Under the pieces are notes generated by a model that saw only the letters and a list, made by a program, of their open reading frames with translations, searched no databases and was not told where the DNA came from. Positions 1-9,901 of a stretch of DNA of 64,000 nucleotides are shown one piece after another. The stretch spans positions 1,224 through 65,223 of the forward strand of contig JBKDGH010000118.1 in assembly GCA_046336655.1 (NCBI GenBank), in the 5' to 3' direction. The stretch is from Flavobacteriales bacterium. GTDB lineage: Bacteria > Bacteroidota > Bacteroidia > Flavobacteriales_D > Sanyastnellaceae. Made by a program: the position numbers and the translations under genes. The first letter of the stretch is position 1. The number at the start of each line of letters is the position of its first letter.

Positions 1-866
1 TGCGGCTCCACATGAATAAATACATCCGCGATTTCCGGATGCTCTTCCATGATGGTATTCTTAACCGCATGCGCAATCTCGTGTCCCTTGCGCACAGTAT
101 TATCACCGGGCACAGTAAGATGAAGGTCTACGTAGTAATTCATGCCGGTTTTTCGGACGTAGCATTTTTCTGTGTCAACTACACCTTCGACTGTATGGGC
201 GTGTTTTCGGATTTCCGCAATGAGCTCATCATGCTGGTGTTCATCCATGATTTCTCCGAGTGCAGGTCGCAGGATCAGGTAGGCATTGTAAATAATAAAT
301 CCGGATGCAAATAGCGCTGCGTAGTCATCAGCAGCTTCATATCCTTTGCCCATCCATAACGCTATGCTGATTCCGATGAACGCCATAAGCGATGTGATCG
401 CGTCGCTGCGATGATGCCACGCATCGGCTTTCAGAGAGGAGGAATGGGTTTCGTCGCTTCGTTTTGATACAATGCGGTAAAACAGTTCTTTCCAGATGAT
501 TATTCCACCCAAGACAAATAATGTATATGGCTTTGGAGCATGATGAGGGGTTCGGATATGATGAATTGCTTCCACTGCGATGACAGTAGCGGATACAAAG
601 AGAAATGCGACTGTAACAAAGGTTACAATGGCCTCGGCCTTTCCATGTCCGTAGGGATGATTTGCATCTGCCGGACGATTGGAATATTTGAGGCCAATCA
701 GCACAAGCACAGAAGCAAGCACATCCGTCGTGGATTCAATGGCATCCGCAATCAACGCATACGAATTGCCGAGAACTCCGGTAACTCCTTTTATCACTGC
801 AAGTAGTGCGTTGCCTGCAATGCTCAGCCACGAAGTCTTTATGGCCAGTTCGGAGCGGGATGTCAT
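1..866 (-). CDS. cation diffusion facilitator (CDF) family metal efflux transporter; C-terminal end lies beyond the window edge
   Basis: Absent from the ORF track because it runs off the window. My translation of the minus strand from ATG 866-864 gives MTSRSELAIKTSWLSIAGNALLAVIKGVTGVLGNSYALIADAIESTTDVL...HPYGHGKAEA...DAWHHRSDAITS, checked in frame. This is the typical CDF TM2/TM5 metal-site layout. Confidence 0.8.
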   Translation of the reverse strand, partial: MTSRSELAIKTSWLSIAGNALLAVIKGVTGVLGNSYALIADAIESTTDVLASVLVLIGLKYSNRPADANHPYGHGKAEAIVTFVTVAFLFVSATVIAVEAIHHIRTPHHAPKPYTLFVLGGIIIWKELFYRIVSKRSDETHSSSLKADAWHHRSDAITSLMAFIGISIALWMGKGYEAADDYAALFASGFIIYNAYLILRPALGEIMDEHQHDELIAEIRKHAHTVEGVVDTEKCYVRKTGMNYYVDLHLTVPGDNTVRKGHEIAHAVKNTIMEEHPEIADVFIHVEP

Positions 867-1020
867 GCGCTTAAAGGTATGCGTGAATGATATCGGTTGC
901 GGACAGTCAGATTGGGTTAGAAGGGGCTCACCATGCGCCAGATGTCAGCACACAGGAATGAGGCCGGGCTGAAGGGGATTTCATATTCACCAGTTCAGGT
1001 CTTTAATCCGGGATAATTGG

Positions 1021-1365
1021 TCAATTGGGAAAATAATCTGAAATCGGGGCTTTGTGCTCGTGAATGATTTCAAGCACTGTGCGAAAGGCCGCCACCTTTT
1101 GGCCGTAGCGTTCGTTGTGACGGGCTTGTAACGCCGCTGCCGCCAGTTTCTGGTATTCATCGTAGTCGGTCATACTGTGACAGAGGTACTGAATGGCATA
1201 GGTCACGCCACCCTCTTCAAAAGCGTGAACGCGACAAATTCTGTTTTCGAGAAAATATCCCGTTGCCATGACCTCCGGAATGTGTATTTCCTTCATCCAC
1301 ACCAGCCACTCTTCATGAATTGCCTGATCTACGCTTACCGTTACGTTATATAAAACCCGGTTCAT
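1021..1365 (-). CDS. DUF4286-family small cytoplasmic protein
   Basis: 114 aa starting MNRVLYNVTVSVDQAIHEEWLVWMKEIHIPEVM, which matches the Bacteroidota DUF4286 pattern as I remember it. Confidence 0.55.
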   Translation of the reverse strand: MNRVLYNVTVSVDQAIHEEWLVWMKEIHIPEVMATGYFLENRICRVHAFEEGGVTYAIQYLCHSMTDYDEYQKLAAAALQARHNERYGQKVAAFRTVLEIIHEHKAPISDYFPN

Positions 1366-1465
1366 GGGTGCAAGATGGCACGATTTCCTGAATTCGGCTG
1401 TTCCGCGAGGTTATTTGGATTGTGAAGTGCAGGTTTCGCTTAGTTTTACCAAAATTTCAAGCATT

Positions 1466-1912
1466 ATGATGACCGGATTTCTCCATCTTCATTCCGCGCT
1501 TCGCTGGGTTGCATTGATCCTCCTGCTGATTACCGTTGTGGATAATCTCATGAGGATGTATAAGCCGTACAATGGTGCCGATAACAAGCTCGCCTTGTTC
1601 ACGCTTATTTCCATGCACCTTCAACTCGTTATCGGGTTAGTGCTTTGGGGAAATGAACTTGCCGAAGCACTTTCTGCAAACGTGCACATCATGAAAGAAA
1701 AAGCCGCCCGATTCTTTATCGTAGAGCACTTCATCGGAATGATCCTGGCGATAACGTTCGTCACAGTAGGATATGTGCGCCACAAGCGTCAGGAGGACCG
1801 GGCCATCAAGCATCGCATGATTTTTGGTTATTATCTGATCGCACTTCTTCTTGTTTTGGCCTTTATTCCATGGCCCTTCCGCGAAGTAGGTGCCGGCAGG
1901 GGATGGTTCTGA
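1466..1912 (+). CDS. integral membrane protein (about 4 TM), often annotated cytochrome-b-like; function unknown
   Basis: Hydrophobic ORF. The internal start MMTGFLHLHSALRWVALILLL is preferred over the 1364 start. Its stop overlaps the start of the downstream cytochrome c gene (TGATG at 1910-1914). Confidence 0.5.
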   Translation: MMTGFLHLHSALRWVALILLLITVVDNLMRMYKPYNGADNKLALFTLISMHLQLVIGLVLWGNELAEALSANVHIMKEKAARFFIVEHFIGMILAITFVTVGYVRHKRQEDRAIKHRMIFGYYLIALLLVLAFIPWPFREVGAGRGWF

Positions 1913-2262
1913 TGAAAAAGCAGGTTTTTTTTATAGCGGCGAGCTCATGGCTGGTTTTGTTTTCATGCGGGTCATCCGACTCTGCATCTGTGACTGGTTC
2001 TGCATCCTCTGATCAGGATTCATTTATAGTATCAGAATTGTATGCCCAGCGCTGTGCTACCTGTCACGGAATGGAAGGCAATATGTCCATGGGCGGGGCG
2101 AAAAAGCTCACAGAGTGTGTTTCCTCAAAGGAAGAAATCACCGCCCAGATTCGTTATGGAAAGGGTACTATGCCGCCATTTGGTGAAATGCTCACGGATA
2201 AGCAGATCAACGCCCTTGCGGAATATGTCCTCACTTTCCGCACCAAAGGAGCAAAGCCTTGA
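1912..2262 (+). CDS. class I c-type cytochrome, lipoprotein
   Basis: MKKQVFFIAASSWLVLFSCGSS lipoprotein signal, a CATCHG haem-binding CxxCH motif, and a distal Met ligand in GKGTMPPF. Confidence 0.8.
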   Translation: MKKQVFFIAASSWLVLFSCGSSDSASVTGSASSDQDSFIVSELYAQRCATCHGMEGNMSMGGAKKLTECVSSKEEITAQIRYGKGTMPPFGEMLTDKQINALAEYVLTFRTKGAKP

Positions 2263-3494
2263 TCATTACCGCAAAGAAGCAGGAGACGTGCGTGCTGGTG
2301 GGATTGATTTCCCGTCAGCAACCCAAAGAACTCCTCATGGAGTATCTCGATGAGTTGGCGTTTCTGGCAGAAACAGCCCATGCAAAGTGCCTTCAACGAT
2401 TCTGGCAAACGGCGGATCATCCTGATTCCCGCACGTTTGTGGGGGCCGGAAAGGCAGATGAAATCAAGGAGTATGTGCATTCCAATGAGGTGGACATGGT
2501 CATCTTCGACGATGAGTTGTCGCCCTCACAGCAGCGTAATCTGGAAAATCTATTCAACACCGAAGAAAAGAAGGTCAAAATTCTCGATCGCAGCAATCTC
2601 ATTCTGGACATTTTTGCCGCCCGCGCGCGCACAGCACATGCGAAAACGCAGGTAGAGCTTGCGCAATACGAGTACCTGCTGCCAAGACTCACGCGCATGT
2701 GGACGCACCTCGAGCGTCAGAAGGGAGGAATCGGAATGCGAGGTCCCGGAGAGCAGGAAATTGAAACTGACCGAAGGATCATTCGGGACCGCATTGCACG
2801 ATTAAAGAAAGAACTAGAGCTCATTGACCGCCAAAAGGCGACCCAACGTGGAAATCGCGGGGCAATGGTTCGGGTTGCCCTGGTGGGTTATACCAACGCC
2901 GGAAAGAGCACCCTGATGAATCTGCTCAGCAAAAGCGAGGTCTTCGCAGAGAACAAGCTATTCGCCACACTGGATACCACAGTGCGGAAAATCGTGCTGA
3001 AACAGCTTCCTTTTCTGCTGAGTGACACGGTCGGCTTTATTCGGAAATTGCCCCACCAGCTCATTGAGTCATTCAAGGGCACCCTGGATGAGGTCCGCGA
3101 AGCGGATCTGCTCATTCATGTGGTGGACATAAGCCATCCGCAATTCGAGGACCACCTCCGTGTAGTGAATGAAACGCTGGCTGAAATCGGGGCAGGCGAC
3201 AAACCGGTGATTCTCGTATTCAATAAAATCGATGCGTACCGCCACGTGCCAAAGCCGGAAGATGATCTTTCTCCGGCTACAAAGGAGAACATCAGCCTTG
3301 CCGAATTGCAAAGCACCTGGATGGCTCGTAATACCGGAATGGACGTCGTCTTTATATCAGCGGTTACGCGCGAGCATGCTGACCAGTTACGGGATTTGCT
3401 GTATCAGCGTGTGCGTGAAATCCACATTCTGCGTTATCCTTATATCGATCCCGGGAAGGACTGGAATACCCCCGGGAACAGTGAAGAGGTTTAA
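2259..3494 (+). CDS. hflX: GTPase HflX
   Basis: 411 aa with an HflX N-terminal domain, a coiled linker (QYEYLLPRLTRMWTHLERQKGGIGMRGPGE), G1 GYTNAGKST and G3 DTVGF. The TTG start overlaps the cytochrome c stop. Confidence 0.9.
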   Translation: MIITAKKQETCVLVGLISRQQPKELLMEYLDELAFLAETAHAKCLQRFWQTADHPDSRTFVGAGKADEIKEYVHSNEVDMVIFDDELSPSQQRNLENLFNTEEKKVKILDRSNLILDIFAARARTAHAKTQVELAQYEYLLPRLTRMWTHLERQKGGIGMRGPGEQEIETDRRIIRDRIARLKKELELIDRQKATQRGNRGAMVRVALVGYTNAGKSTLMNLLSKSEVFAENKLFATLDTTVRKIVLKQLPFLLSDTVGFIRKLPHQLIESFKGTLDEVREADLLIHVVDISHPQFEDHLRVVNETLAEIGAGDKPVILVFNKIDAYRHVPKPEDDLSPATKENISLAELQSTWMARNTGMDVVFISAVTREHADQLRDLLYQRVREIHILRYPYIDPGKDWNTPGNSEEV

Positions 3495-3901
3495 TCGGCG
3501 TCAGGAGCCTCAATCTTCATCTGCTTGATCTGCATTCCCCATCCTCCTTTTTTCATAAAGAAGGTCACGCGAAACGTCCCCTTTGAAGTGAGCAAATCAC
3601 CAATCCGGTATTGATCATCCAGTTTTGAGGTGCCCTGATGTTTCAGGGTGAAGTCGCGGGGCGGGTTTGCAGTAAAGAACTGACTCAGAATGGTTTTTGC
3701 CTCTCCACTGGAGAATGTACCCTCTTTTCCGTCAACCTCAAGCTCAACCTGCGGCATCATCATCGTGCTGATGGCAATGGCATCTCCTTTTTTTAAAGCC
3801 TCCGCAACCATCGGAGTGATGTCAGACTGGGCATTGGCTAGAAAACCCATGGTAACCAGAAAAAGAGTAGACAAAAGGGTATTCATGATCAAACAGGTCA
3901 T
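3491..3901 (-). CDS. secreted DUF4783-like protein
   Basis: 136 aa with a signal peptide ...GFLANA|QSD and a small SnoaL-like beta/alpha body resembling Bacteroidota DUF4783. An alternative start at 3886 (MNTLL) is possible. Confidence 0.45.
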   Translation of the reverse strand: MTCLIMNTLLSTLFLVTMGFLANAQSDITPMVAEALKKGDAIAISTMMMPQVELEVDGKEGTFSSGEAKTILSQFFTANPPRDFTLKHQGTSKLDDQYRIGDLLTSKGTFRVTFFMKKGGWGMQIKQMKIEAPDAD

Positions 3902-4021
3902 TAATTAACGATCGGTTAACTCCAATGATCGCGCCAGAACAATGATAAGCCATCTTTTCTGCGGTTCATCGGAAAATCATCTTTTTTCAGCCATGGATCT
4001 CTGGAAATGATCAAGAATGAT

Positions 4022-4029
4022 TACCTTTG
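4022..4029 (+). promoter_or_regulatory. candidate Bacteroidota -7 promoter box (TACCTTTG) for yceD-rpmF
   Basis: Exact match to the TAnnTTTG consensus, 22 nt upstream of ATG 4051. It lies inside the track's 4027 TTG-start ORF, which argues for the 4051 start. Confidence 0.35.
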
Positions 4030-4050
4030 CCCTCCCTTAAAAACGGGCTC

Positions 4051-4599
4051 ATGAGAATTGACCGCGCACTCGACGAATATCGCGTGCCTTTCACGGGCCT
4101 TAAAGACGGGCACCATGTGTTCGAATTTTACCTGGGGGACAAGTTCTTTGAGGCGTTTGAGCATTCGGAAATGAATGATGCCGGCATTCAGGTCAATGTT
4201 GAGTTGGAGAAATCAGCGAATATGCTGGTATTCCGCTCAGCGCTGAAGGGTTCGGTGGCAGTTGAGTGTGATCGCTGCACCGAGCTGATCCGCCAAAAGA
4301 TAGAGGGAGAATTTCAGCTTGTGGTGAAGTTTGGTCTGGAAACAGGCAGTACCGATGAGGACGTGCTGGTTATCGGGCCGCAGGAATATCGGGTTGATCT
4401 CTCGCATTATTTTTATGAGTACGCGCACGTGTCGCTGCCGGCCCGGAGGGTGCATCCCGACGTAAGCCAGTGCAACCAGGACATCCTGAAAAAACTGGAT
4501 GCGATGCGCGTGGAAAGTGATTCTGAATCTCATTGGATTGCCCTGAAGGATATGGAGATGGGTGATTCAGAGCCTTATTTGAACGACGAAGAAGAATAG
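4051..4599 (+). CDS. yceD: YceD/DUF177 family protein (large-subunit rRNA accumulation protein)
   Basis: Conserved position immediately upstream of rpmF. Contains the CDRC...Cys pattern and an acidic C-terminus typical of DUF177. Confidence 0.75.
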   Translation: MRIDRALDEYRVPFTGLKDGHHVFEFYLGDKFFEAFEHSEMNDAGIQVNVELEKSANMLVFRSALKGSVAVECDRCTELIRQKIEGEFQLVVKFGLETGSTDEDVLVIGPQEYRVDLSHYFYEYAHVSLPARRVHPDVSQCNQDILKKLDAMRVESDSESHWIALKDMEMGDSEPYLNDEEE

Positions 4600-4622
4600 A
4601 CAACGGATAAACACAAACAGAG

Positions 4623-4814
4623 ATGGCACATCCCAAACACAGAATTTCGCAAACCCGCCAGGCCAAGCGCCGCACGCACTACAAGCTGGAGGCCCCGAAT
4701 GTGTCGACATGCCCGACTACGGGTCAGCCTCACATGTTTCACCGCGCCCACTGGTACGAGGGCAAGCTCTACTACAAGGGCAAAGTGGTGATGGAGAAGG
4801 AAGAAAACGCCTGA
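4623..4814 (+). CDS. rpmF: 50S ribosomal protein L32
   Basis: [22 protein letters not shown] is the canonical L32 N-terminus; 63 aa. Confidence 0.95.
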   Translation: MAHPKHRISQTRQAKRRTHYKLEAPNVSTCPTTGQPHMFHRAHWYEGKLYYKGKVVMEKEENA

Positions 4815-4833
4815 TCAGTACAACAATATTGAA

Positions 4834-4867
4834 GCGCCAGTCCCTGCTTGGGACTGGCGTTTTTTTG
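4834..4867 (+). terminator. rho-independent terminator after rpmF
   Basis: CGCCAGTCCC-TGCTT-GGGACTGGCG perfect 10-bp stem followed by T7. Confidence 0.75.
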
Positions 4868-4961
4868 CCCGTCAGTGTTGGTTTCACACTTTGTGGTTAC
4901 CGCTTATCAGTATCGCTTTACATTAGCGCCTTCGTTTATCTCTAATTAACCGTCAATCGGA

Positions 4962-5960
4962 ATGAATTCGGTCAAAGCCGCGATAACTGCTGTATGTGGT
5001 TATGTTCCACCAGATGTGCTTACCAATCATGATCTGGAGAAGATCGTGGACACCACTGACGAGTGGATCCGGACCCGCACCGGTATCGAGTGCCGCCATA
5101 TTCTCAAAGGCGAAGGTTTGGGCACCAGTGACATGGGTGTCGAAGCCGTTCTCGGACTGCTCGGCAAGCGGGGAATCGGCGCGGAGGATATTGATCTCCT
5201 CATCTGTGCCACAGTAACCCCCGACCATCAGTTCCCTGCCACCGCCAACATCATCTGCGACAAGATTGGCGCGAAGAACGCATGGGGATTTGATATTAAC
5301 GCGGCCTGCTCCGGCTTCATCTATGCACTTGCCACTGCTGCCCAATTTGTGGAAGGTGGCAAGTATAAAAAGGTGGTGGTCATTGGAGCGGATAAGATGT
5401 CATCCATTATTGATTACACTGACCGTTCCACATGCGTCATCTTCGGTGACGGTGCAGGAGCAGTGCTTCTGGAGCCGACCACGGACGGAACTGGTATCAT
5501 GGACAGTATTCTCAAATCCGACGGTCATGGAAGGGTTTACCTGCACCAGAAGGCCGGTGGATCAGTGATGCCGGCATCGAAGGAGACGGTGGAAAAGCGA
5601 CTCCACTATGTGTTTCAGGATGGCCAGCCGGTGTTTAAGGCGGCTGTTGTAGGCATGGCGGATGTCTCGGCCGAAATCATGGAAAAAAATCACCTTACCG
5701 CCGATGACGTGGCTTGGTTGGTACCGCACCAGGCCAACCTTCGCATCATTGACGCCACGGCACGCCGCATGGGAGTCGGACAGGACAAAGTGATGATCAA
5801 TATTCAGCGCTACGGCAATACCACCGCAGGCACCATTCCGCTGTGTCTCTGGGATTGGGAAAAGCAATTGAAAAAAGGCGATAACCTTATTCTCTCAGCC
5901 TTCGGCGGAGGGTTCACCTGGGGCGCCGTCTATGTGAAATGGTCGTATGACCCGTCCTAA
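4962..5960 (+). CDS. fabH: beta-ketoacyl-ACP synthase III
   Basis: 332 aa with the active-site context NAACSGF, HQAN and GNTTAG motifs of FabH. Confidence 0.9.
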   Translation: MNSVKAAITAVCGYVPPDVLTNHDLEKIVDTTDEWIRTRTGIECRHILKGEGLGTSDMGVEAVLGLLGKRGIGAEDIDLLICATVTPDHQFPATANIICDKIGAKNAWGFDINAACSGFIYALATAAQFVEGGKYKKVVVIGADKMSSIIDYTDRSTCVIFGDGAGAVLLEPTTDGTGIMDSILKSDGHGRVYLHQKAGGSVMPASKETVEKRLHYVFQDGQPVFKAAVVGMADVSAEIMEKNHLTADDVAWLVPHQANLRIIDATARRMGVGQDKVMINIQRYGNTTAGTIPLCLWDWEKQLKKGDNLILSAFGGGFTWGAVYVKWSYDPS

Positions 5961-6013
5961 TTGGATCCCAGTCCTATATTTACCCCTTGCAACCCCAACG
6001 AAAACGAACCCCA

Positions 6014-6511
6014 ATGAATATTACGCAAATTCAGGACCTCATCAAGTTCGTCGCAAAAAGCGGTGTCAGCGAAGTCGAGATCGAACAGAAGGACTTCAAG
6101 ATTACCATCAAAACCCACGAGCCTGAGCGGAAAAACAAAGCACCTGAAATGATCCAGGTAGCAGTTCCTGCTCCTGCTCCGGCAATGCCTCAGGCAGTGG
6201 CTGCTCCGTCACCTGCACCGGCAGCTGCTCCGTCACCGCCCGCCACACCGGCTTCTGCCCCGGCAGGCAATTTAGTGGAGGTGAAAAGCCCGATGATTGG
6301 GACTTTTTATCGTTCTCCTGGTCCCGATAAACCCGCATTCATAGAAGTGGGAGACACCATAAAGGCAGGGGATACCGTGTGCATCATTGAAGCGATGAAA
6401 CTGTTCAATGAAATCGAATCGGAAGTTTCCGGTAAGATTGTGAAGGTGCTCGTGAATGACAGCACCCCAGTGGAATATGATCAGCCGCTGTTCCTGGTGG
6501 AGCCCGCCTGA
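6014..6511 (+). CDS. accB: acetyl-CoA carboxylase biotin carboxyl carrier protein
   Basis: Pro/Ala-rich linker followed by the biotinyl domain with [12 protein letters not shown] (biotinyl-Lys in the AMK motif). ATG at 6014 is preferred over the TTG at 5987. Confidence 0.9.
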   Translation: MNITQIQDLIKFVAKSGVSEVEIEQKDFKITIKTHEPERKNKAPEMIQVAVPAPAPAMPQAVAAPSPAPAAAPSPPATPASAPAGNLVEVKSPMIGTFYRSPGPDKPAFIEVGDTIKAGDTVCIIEAMKLFNEIESEVSGKIVKVLVNDSTPVEYDQPLFLVEPA

Positions 6512-6536
6512 TCCTAAACCTCAATCCGAATATCCT

Positions 6537-7871
6537 ATGTTCAACAAGATATTGATCGCCAACCGCGGTGAAATTGCACTTCGCGTGATCAGGACCTGCA
6601 AGGAAATGGGCATCGCGACCGTGGCAGTGTACTCCACCGCAGATCGCGACAGCCTTCACGTGCGCTTTGCCGACGAAGCGGTGTGCATCGGCCCGCCATC
6701 AAGCAAGGACTCGTACCTCAAAATTCCGAACATTATTGCAGCGGCTGAAATCACCAATGCTGATGCGATTCACCCGGGATATGGATTCCTATCCGAGAAT
6801 GCAGTGTTTTCCAAGGTGTGCAAAGAGAACGGAATCAAGTTCATCGGTGCGTCTCCTGAAATGATCGATGCGATGGGAGACAAAGCGTCTGCCAAGCAGA
6901 CCATGAAGGACGCCGGAGTGCCCACTATTCCGGGGTCTGACGGACTTCTGGAAGACCTTAAAGAGGCGCGCGCAATAGCGAAAAAGATCAAGTATCCTGT
7001 AATGCTTAAGGCCACCGCAGGTGGCGGCGGTAAGGGCATGCGCGTGTGCAAGGATGAGGCTGAACTTGATGACGCATGGGAAAAGGTGCGCCGTGAAGCA
7101 GGTGCAGCATTCGGCAACGACGGTATCTACATGGAGAAATTCGTGGAAGAACCGCGTCACATCGAAATTCAGATTGCAGGTGACCAATACGGAAAAGCGT
7201 GTCACCTCTCCGAACGCGATTGCTCCATTCAGCGTCGTCACCAGAAACTCGTGGAGGAGACTCCATCGCCCTTCATGACTGATGAACTCCGCGAGCAGAT
7301 GGGTCAGGCTGCCATTAAAGCGGCTGAAGCGGTGCGTTACGAAGGTGTAGGTACGGTGGAATTTCTGGTAGATAAAAACAGGGATTTCTATTTCATGGAA
7401 ATGAATACCCGCATCCAGGTGGAGCACACCATTACGGAAGAAGTAATCAATTACGACCTCGTAAAAGAACAGATCAAGCTGGCAGCTGGTGAGCCGATCT
7501 CCGGACGTAACTACTACCCGAAGATGCACAGCATTCAGTGCCGGATAAATGCGGAGGACCCATTCAAGGGATTTGCTCCTTGCCCCGGAAAAATTTCTGC
7601 CTATCACTCACCGGGCGGGCATGGAGTGCGCGTGGATACCCATGCATACGCAGGTTACGTGATTCCGCCGTACTACGATTCGATGATTTCAAAACTCATC
7701 ACCGTGGCTCAGACACGCGAAGAGGCAATCACCAAGATGCAGCGTGCGCTGGATGAGTATATCATCGAAGGTATCAAGACGACCATCCCATTCCATCAGA
7801 AACTGATGCGGGATGAGAAGTTCAGAAGCGGTGATTTCAACACGAAGTTCCTGGAGACGTTTGAGATGTAA
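6537..7871 (+). CDS. accC: acetyl-CoA carboxylase biotin carboxylase subunit
   Basis: [26 protein letters not shown], an ATP-grasp region with GGGGKGMR, and [14 protein letters not shown]. The start is set at the conserved [12 protein letters not shown]. Confidence 0.95.
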   Translation: MFNKILIANRGEIALRVIRTCKEMGIATVAVYSTADRDSLHVRFADEAVCIGPPSSKDSYLKIPNIIAAAEITNADAIHPGYGFLSENAVFSKVCKENGIKFIGASPEMIDAMGDKASAKQTMKDAGVPTIPGSDGLLEDLKEARAIAKKIKYPVMLKATAGGGGKGMRVCKDEAELDDAWEKVRREAGAAFGNDGIYMEKFVEEPRHIEIQIAGDQYGKACHLSERDCSIQRRHQKLVEETPSPFMTDELREQMGQAAIKAAEAVRYEGVGTVEFLVDKNRDFYFMEMNTRIQVEHTITEEVINYDLVKEQIKLAAGEPISGRNYYPKMHSIQCRINAEDPFKGFAPCPGKISAYHSPGGHGVRVDTHAYAGYVIPPYYDSMISKLITVAQTREEAITKMQRALDEYIIEGIKTTIPFHQKLMRDEKFRSGDFNTKFLETFEM

Positions 7872-7894
7872 TCTTCCCGCATGTGCGGTGAGTA

Positions 7895-8914
7895 TTACTT
7901 GTTGCGGATTCTCCGGAATAATTGTCGGAGCGCGTCGTTGAACTCGGATTCATCCCATTTGGCCTGAATTTGTCGAGCGGTTAGTCCGGTGTTGGACCGC
8001 ACGAGTTCCCAGTGAAATACGAAAGCATTTTCTGCTTCATTTTGCCTGTAGTCCATGCGGCCCCATTTTGCAAGGTAGAAACGCGTGGTATCCTCGTTTT
8101 GCTCACAGAAATACAAGCCCTGTGAAAACCACTGAAGCGTTTTCACTTCCCTGGTGGAAGCAATCGGATCGAGGTGATGAAGCCCGCGCGCATAGCTCAC
8201 AAAATCAACTTCGGGATCATCCTGAAGCACAGAATATTCTCCGATGTAAATGGAATCTGACGTGACAGCCACACCACTCCACAGGATTGAATTGAGAATG
8301 GAAGGCGAAGTGGAAAGGGTGTTGTACGGGATGCCTTTTTGTTCAAGGGAATCGCTGAAGTGCGAATGGGCAATGCCTTTGTTGACCAAAGTAAAACCGA
8401 GATAAACGAGGGAATACGCAGCCCCCAGTTTCGCCCAGCGCAGTCTGCGTGGATTCGTCCGCTTCAAGAAAAGACATACCAGCAACGCGAATAAAAAGGG
8501 GACAGTCCAGAGTGGGTCAACGACCGAGATCGTGTTGAATCCCACGAGGTAATCAGTGAACGGCAGAAACAACTGTGTGCCATACGTGGTGCAGCAGTCA
8601 AGCAGGGTGTGCGTAAAAAAGAACAAGTACCAAACGATATAGCTTTCTTTCCAGGTGATTCTGGATTTCATCCATCGCCAGGTGACCCACGCAAAGGGGA
8701 TCGCCATGAGCAGATGGATGAACATGCTATGGCTGTATCCGCGATGAATGCGGAGCTGATCAATCGGGTCAGTCCAGAATGAATTGAACAGAATATCGAG
8801 GTCCGGAATGGTGCCGCCAATGGCACCAATCAGCTGCGCTCTGTTGCCCATCTTGCGCCCCCAGGCAATTTCGCCCACTGCGGCCCCAAGAACAATCTGA
8901 GAAAGAGAATCCAT
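7895..8914 (-). CDS. membrane-bound metal-dependent hydrolase (YdjM/DUF457-like) with C-terminal extension
   Basis: MDSLSQIVLGAAVGE... is the typical N-terminus of the YdjM family. Several TM segments carry conserved His/Asp (GYSHSMF, THTLLD). Confidence 0.6.
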   Translation of the reverse strand: MDSLSQIVLGAAVGEIAWGRKMGNRAQLIGAIGGTIPDLDILFNSFWTDPIDQLRIHRGYSHSMFIHLLMAIPFAWVTWRWMKSRITWKESYIVWYLFFFTHTLLDCCTTYGTQLFLPFTDYLVGFNTISVVDPLWTVPFLFALLVCLFLKRTNPRRLRWAKLGAAYSLVYLGFTLVNKGIAHSHFSDSLEQKGIPYNTLSTSPSILNSILWSGVAVTSDSIYIGEYSVLQDDPEVDFVSYARGLHHLDPIASTREVKTLQWFSQGLYFCEQNEDTTRFYLAKWGRMDYRQNEAENAFVFHWELVRSNTGLTARQIQAKWDESEFNDALRQLFRRIRNK

Positions 8915-9016
8915 CGGCCGCCAAGGTACTTCAGATGGAATTGCACGGGTGGTGATTTGCAATATTTGTAGTTACAACACGTTAGTTCACAAACCTGTAC
9001 CACATGAAAAAACCGA

Positions 9017-9889
9017 TTGTTACGCTTTCCGGATTGGCTCTTTATTGCCCTGACTTCATTTCTTGGAGGTCGGAAGTGGACTCACCCGAAAGGATTCGAA
9101 AAGTCATTCACATTCATAGAAGGCAATGCGGAGCATACGAGTGGTTTTTTTATGCAGCGAACTGAAGTGTCTAATCTGGAGTACCGGAATTTTCTTCAGG
9201 ACTTGAAAGTGCAGGGCAATATGGATAACTACAAAGCGGCTCTGTGGGATACTGCGAATTGGGTGACCACATTTTCATTCAACGAGCCTTACAAAACATA
9301 TTATCACAGCCACGCGGCTTATGATAACTATCCTGCAGTGAACATCACCCATGCCGGAGCAGTATTGTATTGTGAGTGGCTTGCAGCAGAGCTTAACGGG
9401 GTAAGTGGTCAAGGAGAATACTACTACCACGTGCGCATTCCTTCCCGTTCAGAATGGATCCATGCCGCGTGCAACGGAGATCAGAGATTCGTGTATGCGT
9501 GGGGTGGACCGTATATCCGCAATGCAAAGGGTTGTGCATTGTGTAACTTCATGCACGTAGGTGATGAATGTATTCGCCGAAATGAATCCGGGGAGCTTGA
9601 GTTGGGATGTCAGGGTGGAGATCACCATTACATGGGAGTTGCAGGTTACCTGAGCGATAATGCGGATATCACCGCGCCTGTAGCCTCTTATTCCCCATCT
9701 AAGTGGGGACTCTTTAATATGAATGGAAACGTGGCCGAAATGGTGGATGACGGCACTACTGCCATGGGTGGATCATGGAGATGTCCCGGCTATGACGTCA
9801 GAAATACAAGTGAAATGAAGTTCGATGGCCCGTCAGTGGAAGTGGGATTTCGTCCGGTGGTGACGCTGGTGAAAAGAAAAAGTGTTTAG
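9017..9889 (+). CDS. SUMF1/FGE-sulfatase-domain protein (GldJ/GldK-like fold), secreted
   Basis: FFMQRTEVSNLEYRNFL, YPAVNITHAGAVLYCEWL, GLFNMNGNVAEMV and GGSW are FGE-domain hallmarks. The start is uncertain; see the finding on the A6 tract at 9007-9012. Confidence 0.7.
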   Translation: MLRFPDWLFIALTSFLGGRKWTHPKGFEKSFTFIEGNAEHTSGFFMQRTEVSNLEYRNFLQDLKVQGNMDNYKAALWDTANWVTTFSFNEPYKTYYHSHAAYDNYPAVNITHAGAVLYCEWLAAELNGVSGQGEYYYHVRIPSRSEWIHAACNGDQRFVYAWGGPYIRNAKGCALCNFMHVGDECIRRNESGELELGCQGGDHHYMGVAGYLSDNADITAPVASYSPSKWGLFNMNGNVAEMVDDGTTAMGGSWRCPGYDVRNTSEMKFDGPSVEVGFRPVVTLVKRKSV

Positions 9890-9901
9890 TCCGGCTCGTG
9901 C

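Noticed and set aside
12-972. Three plus-strand ORFs (12-314, 540-806, 679-972) at the left edge
   Set aside because: They are shadow ORFs opposite a clearly recognisable CDF transporter gene on the minus strand (1-866). Their translations are low-complexity with no motifs.
4709-4945. 78-aa ORF downstream of rpmF
   Set aside because: It starts inside rpmF in another frame and reads through the rpmF terminator hairpin and the fabH promoter region. It has no protein-like features.
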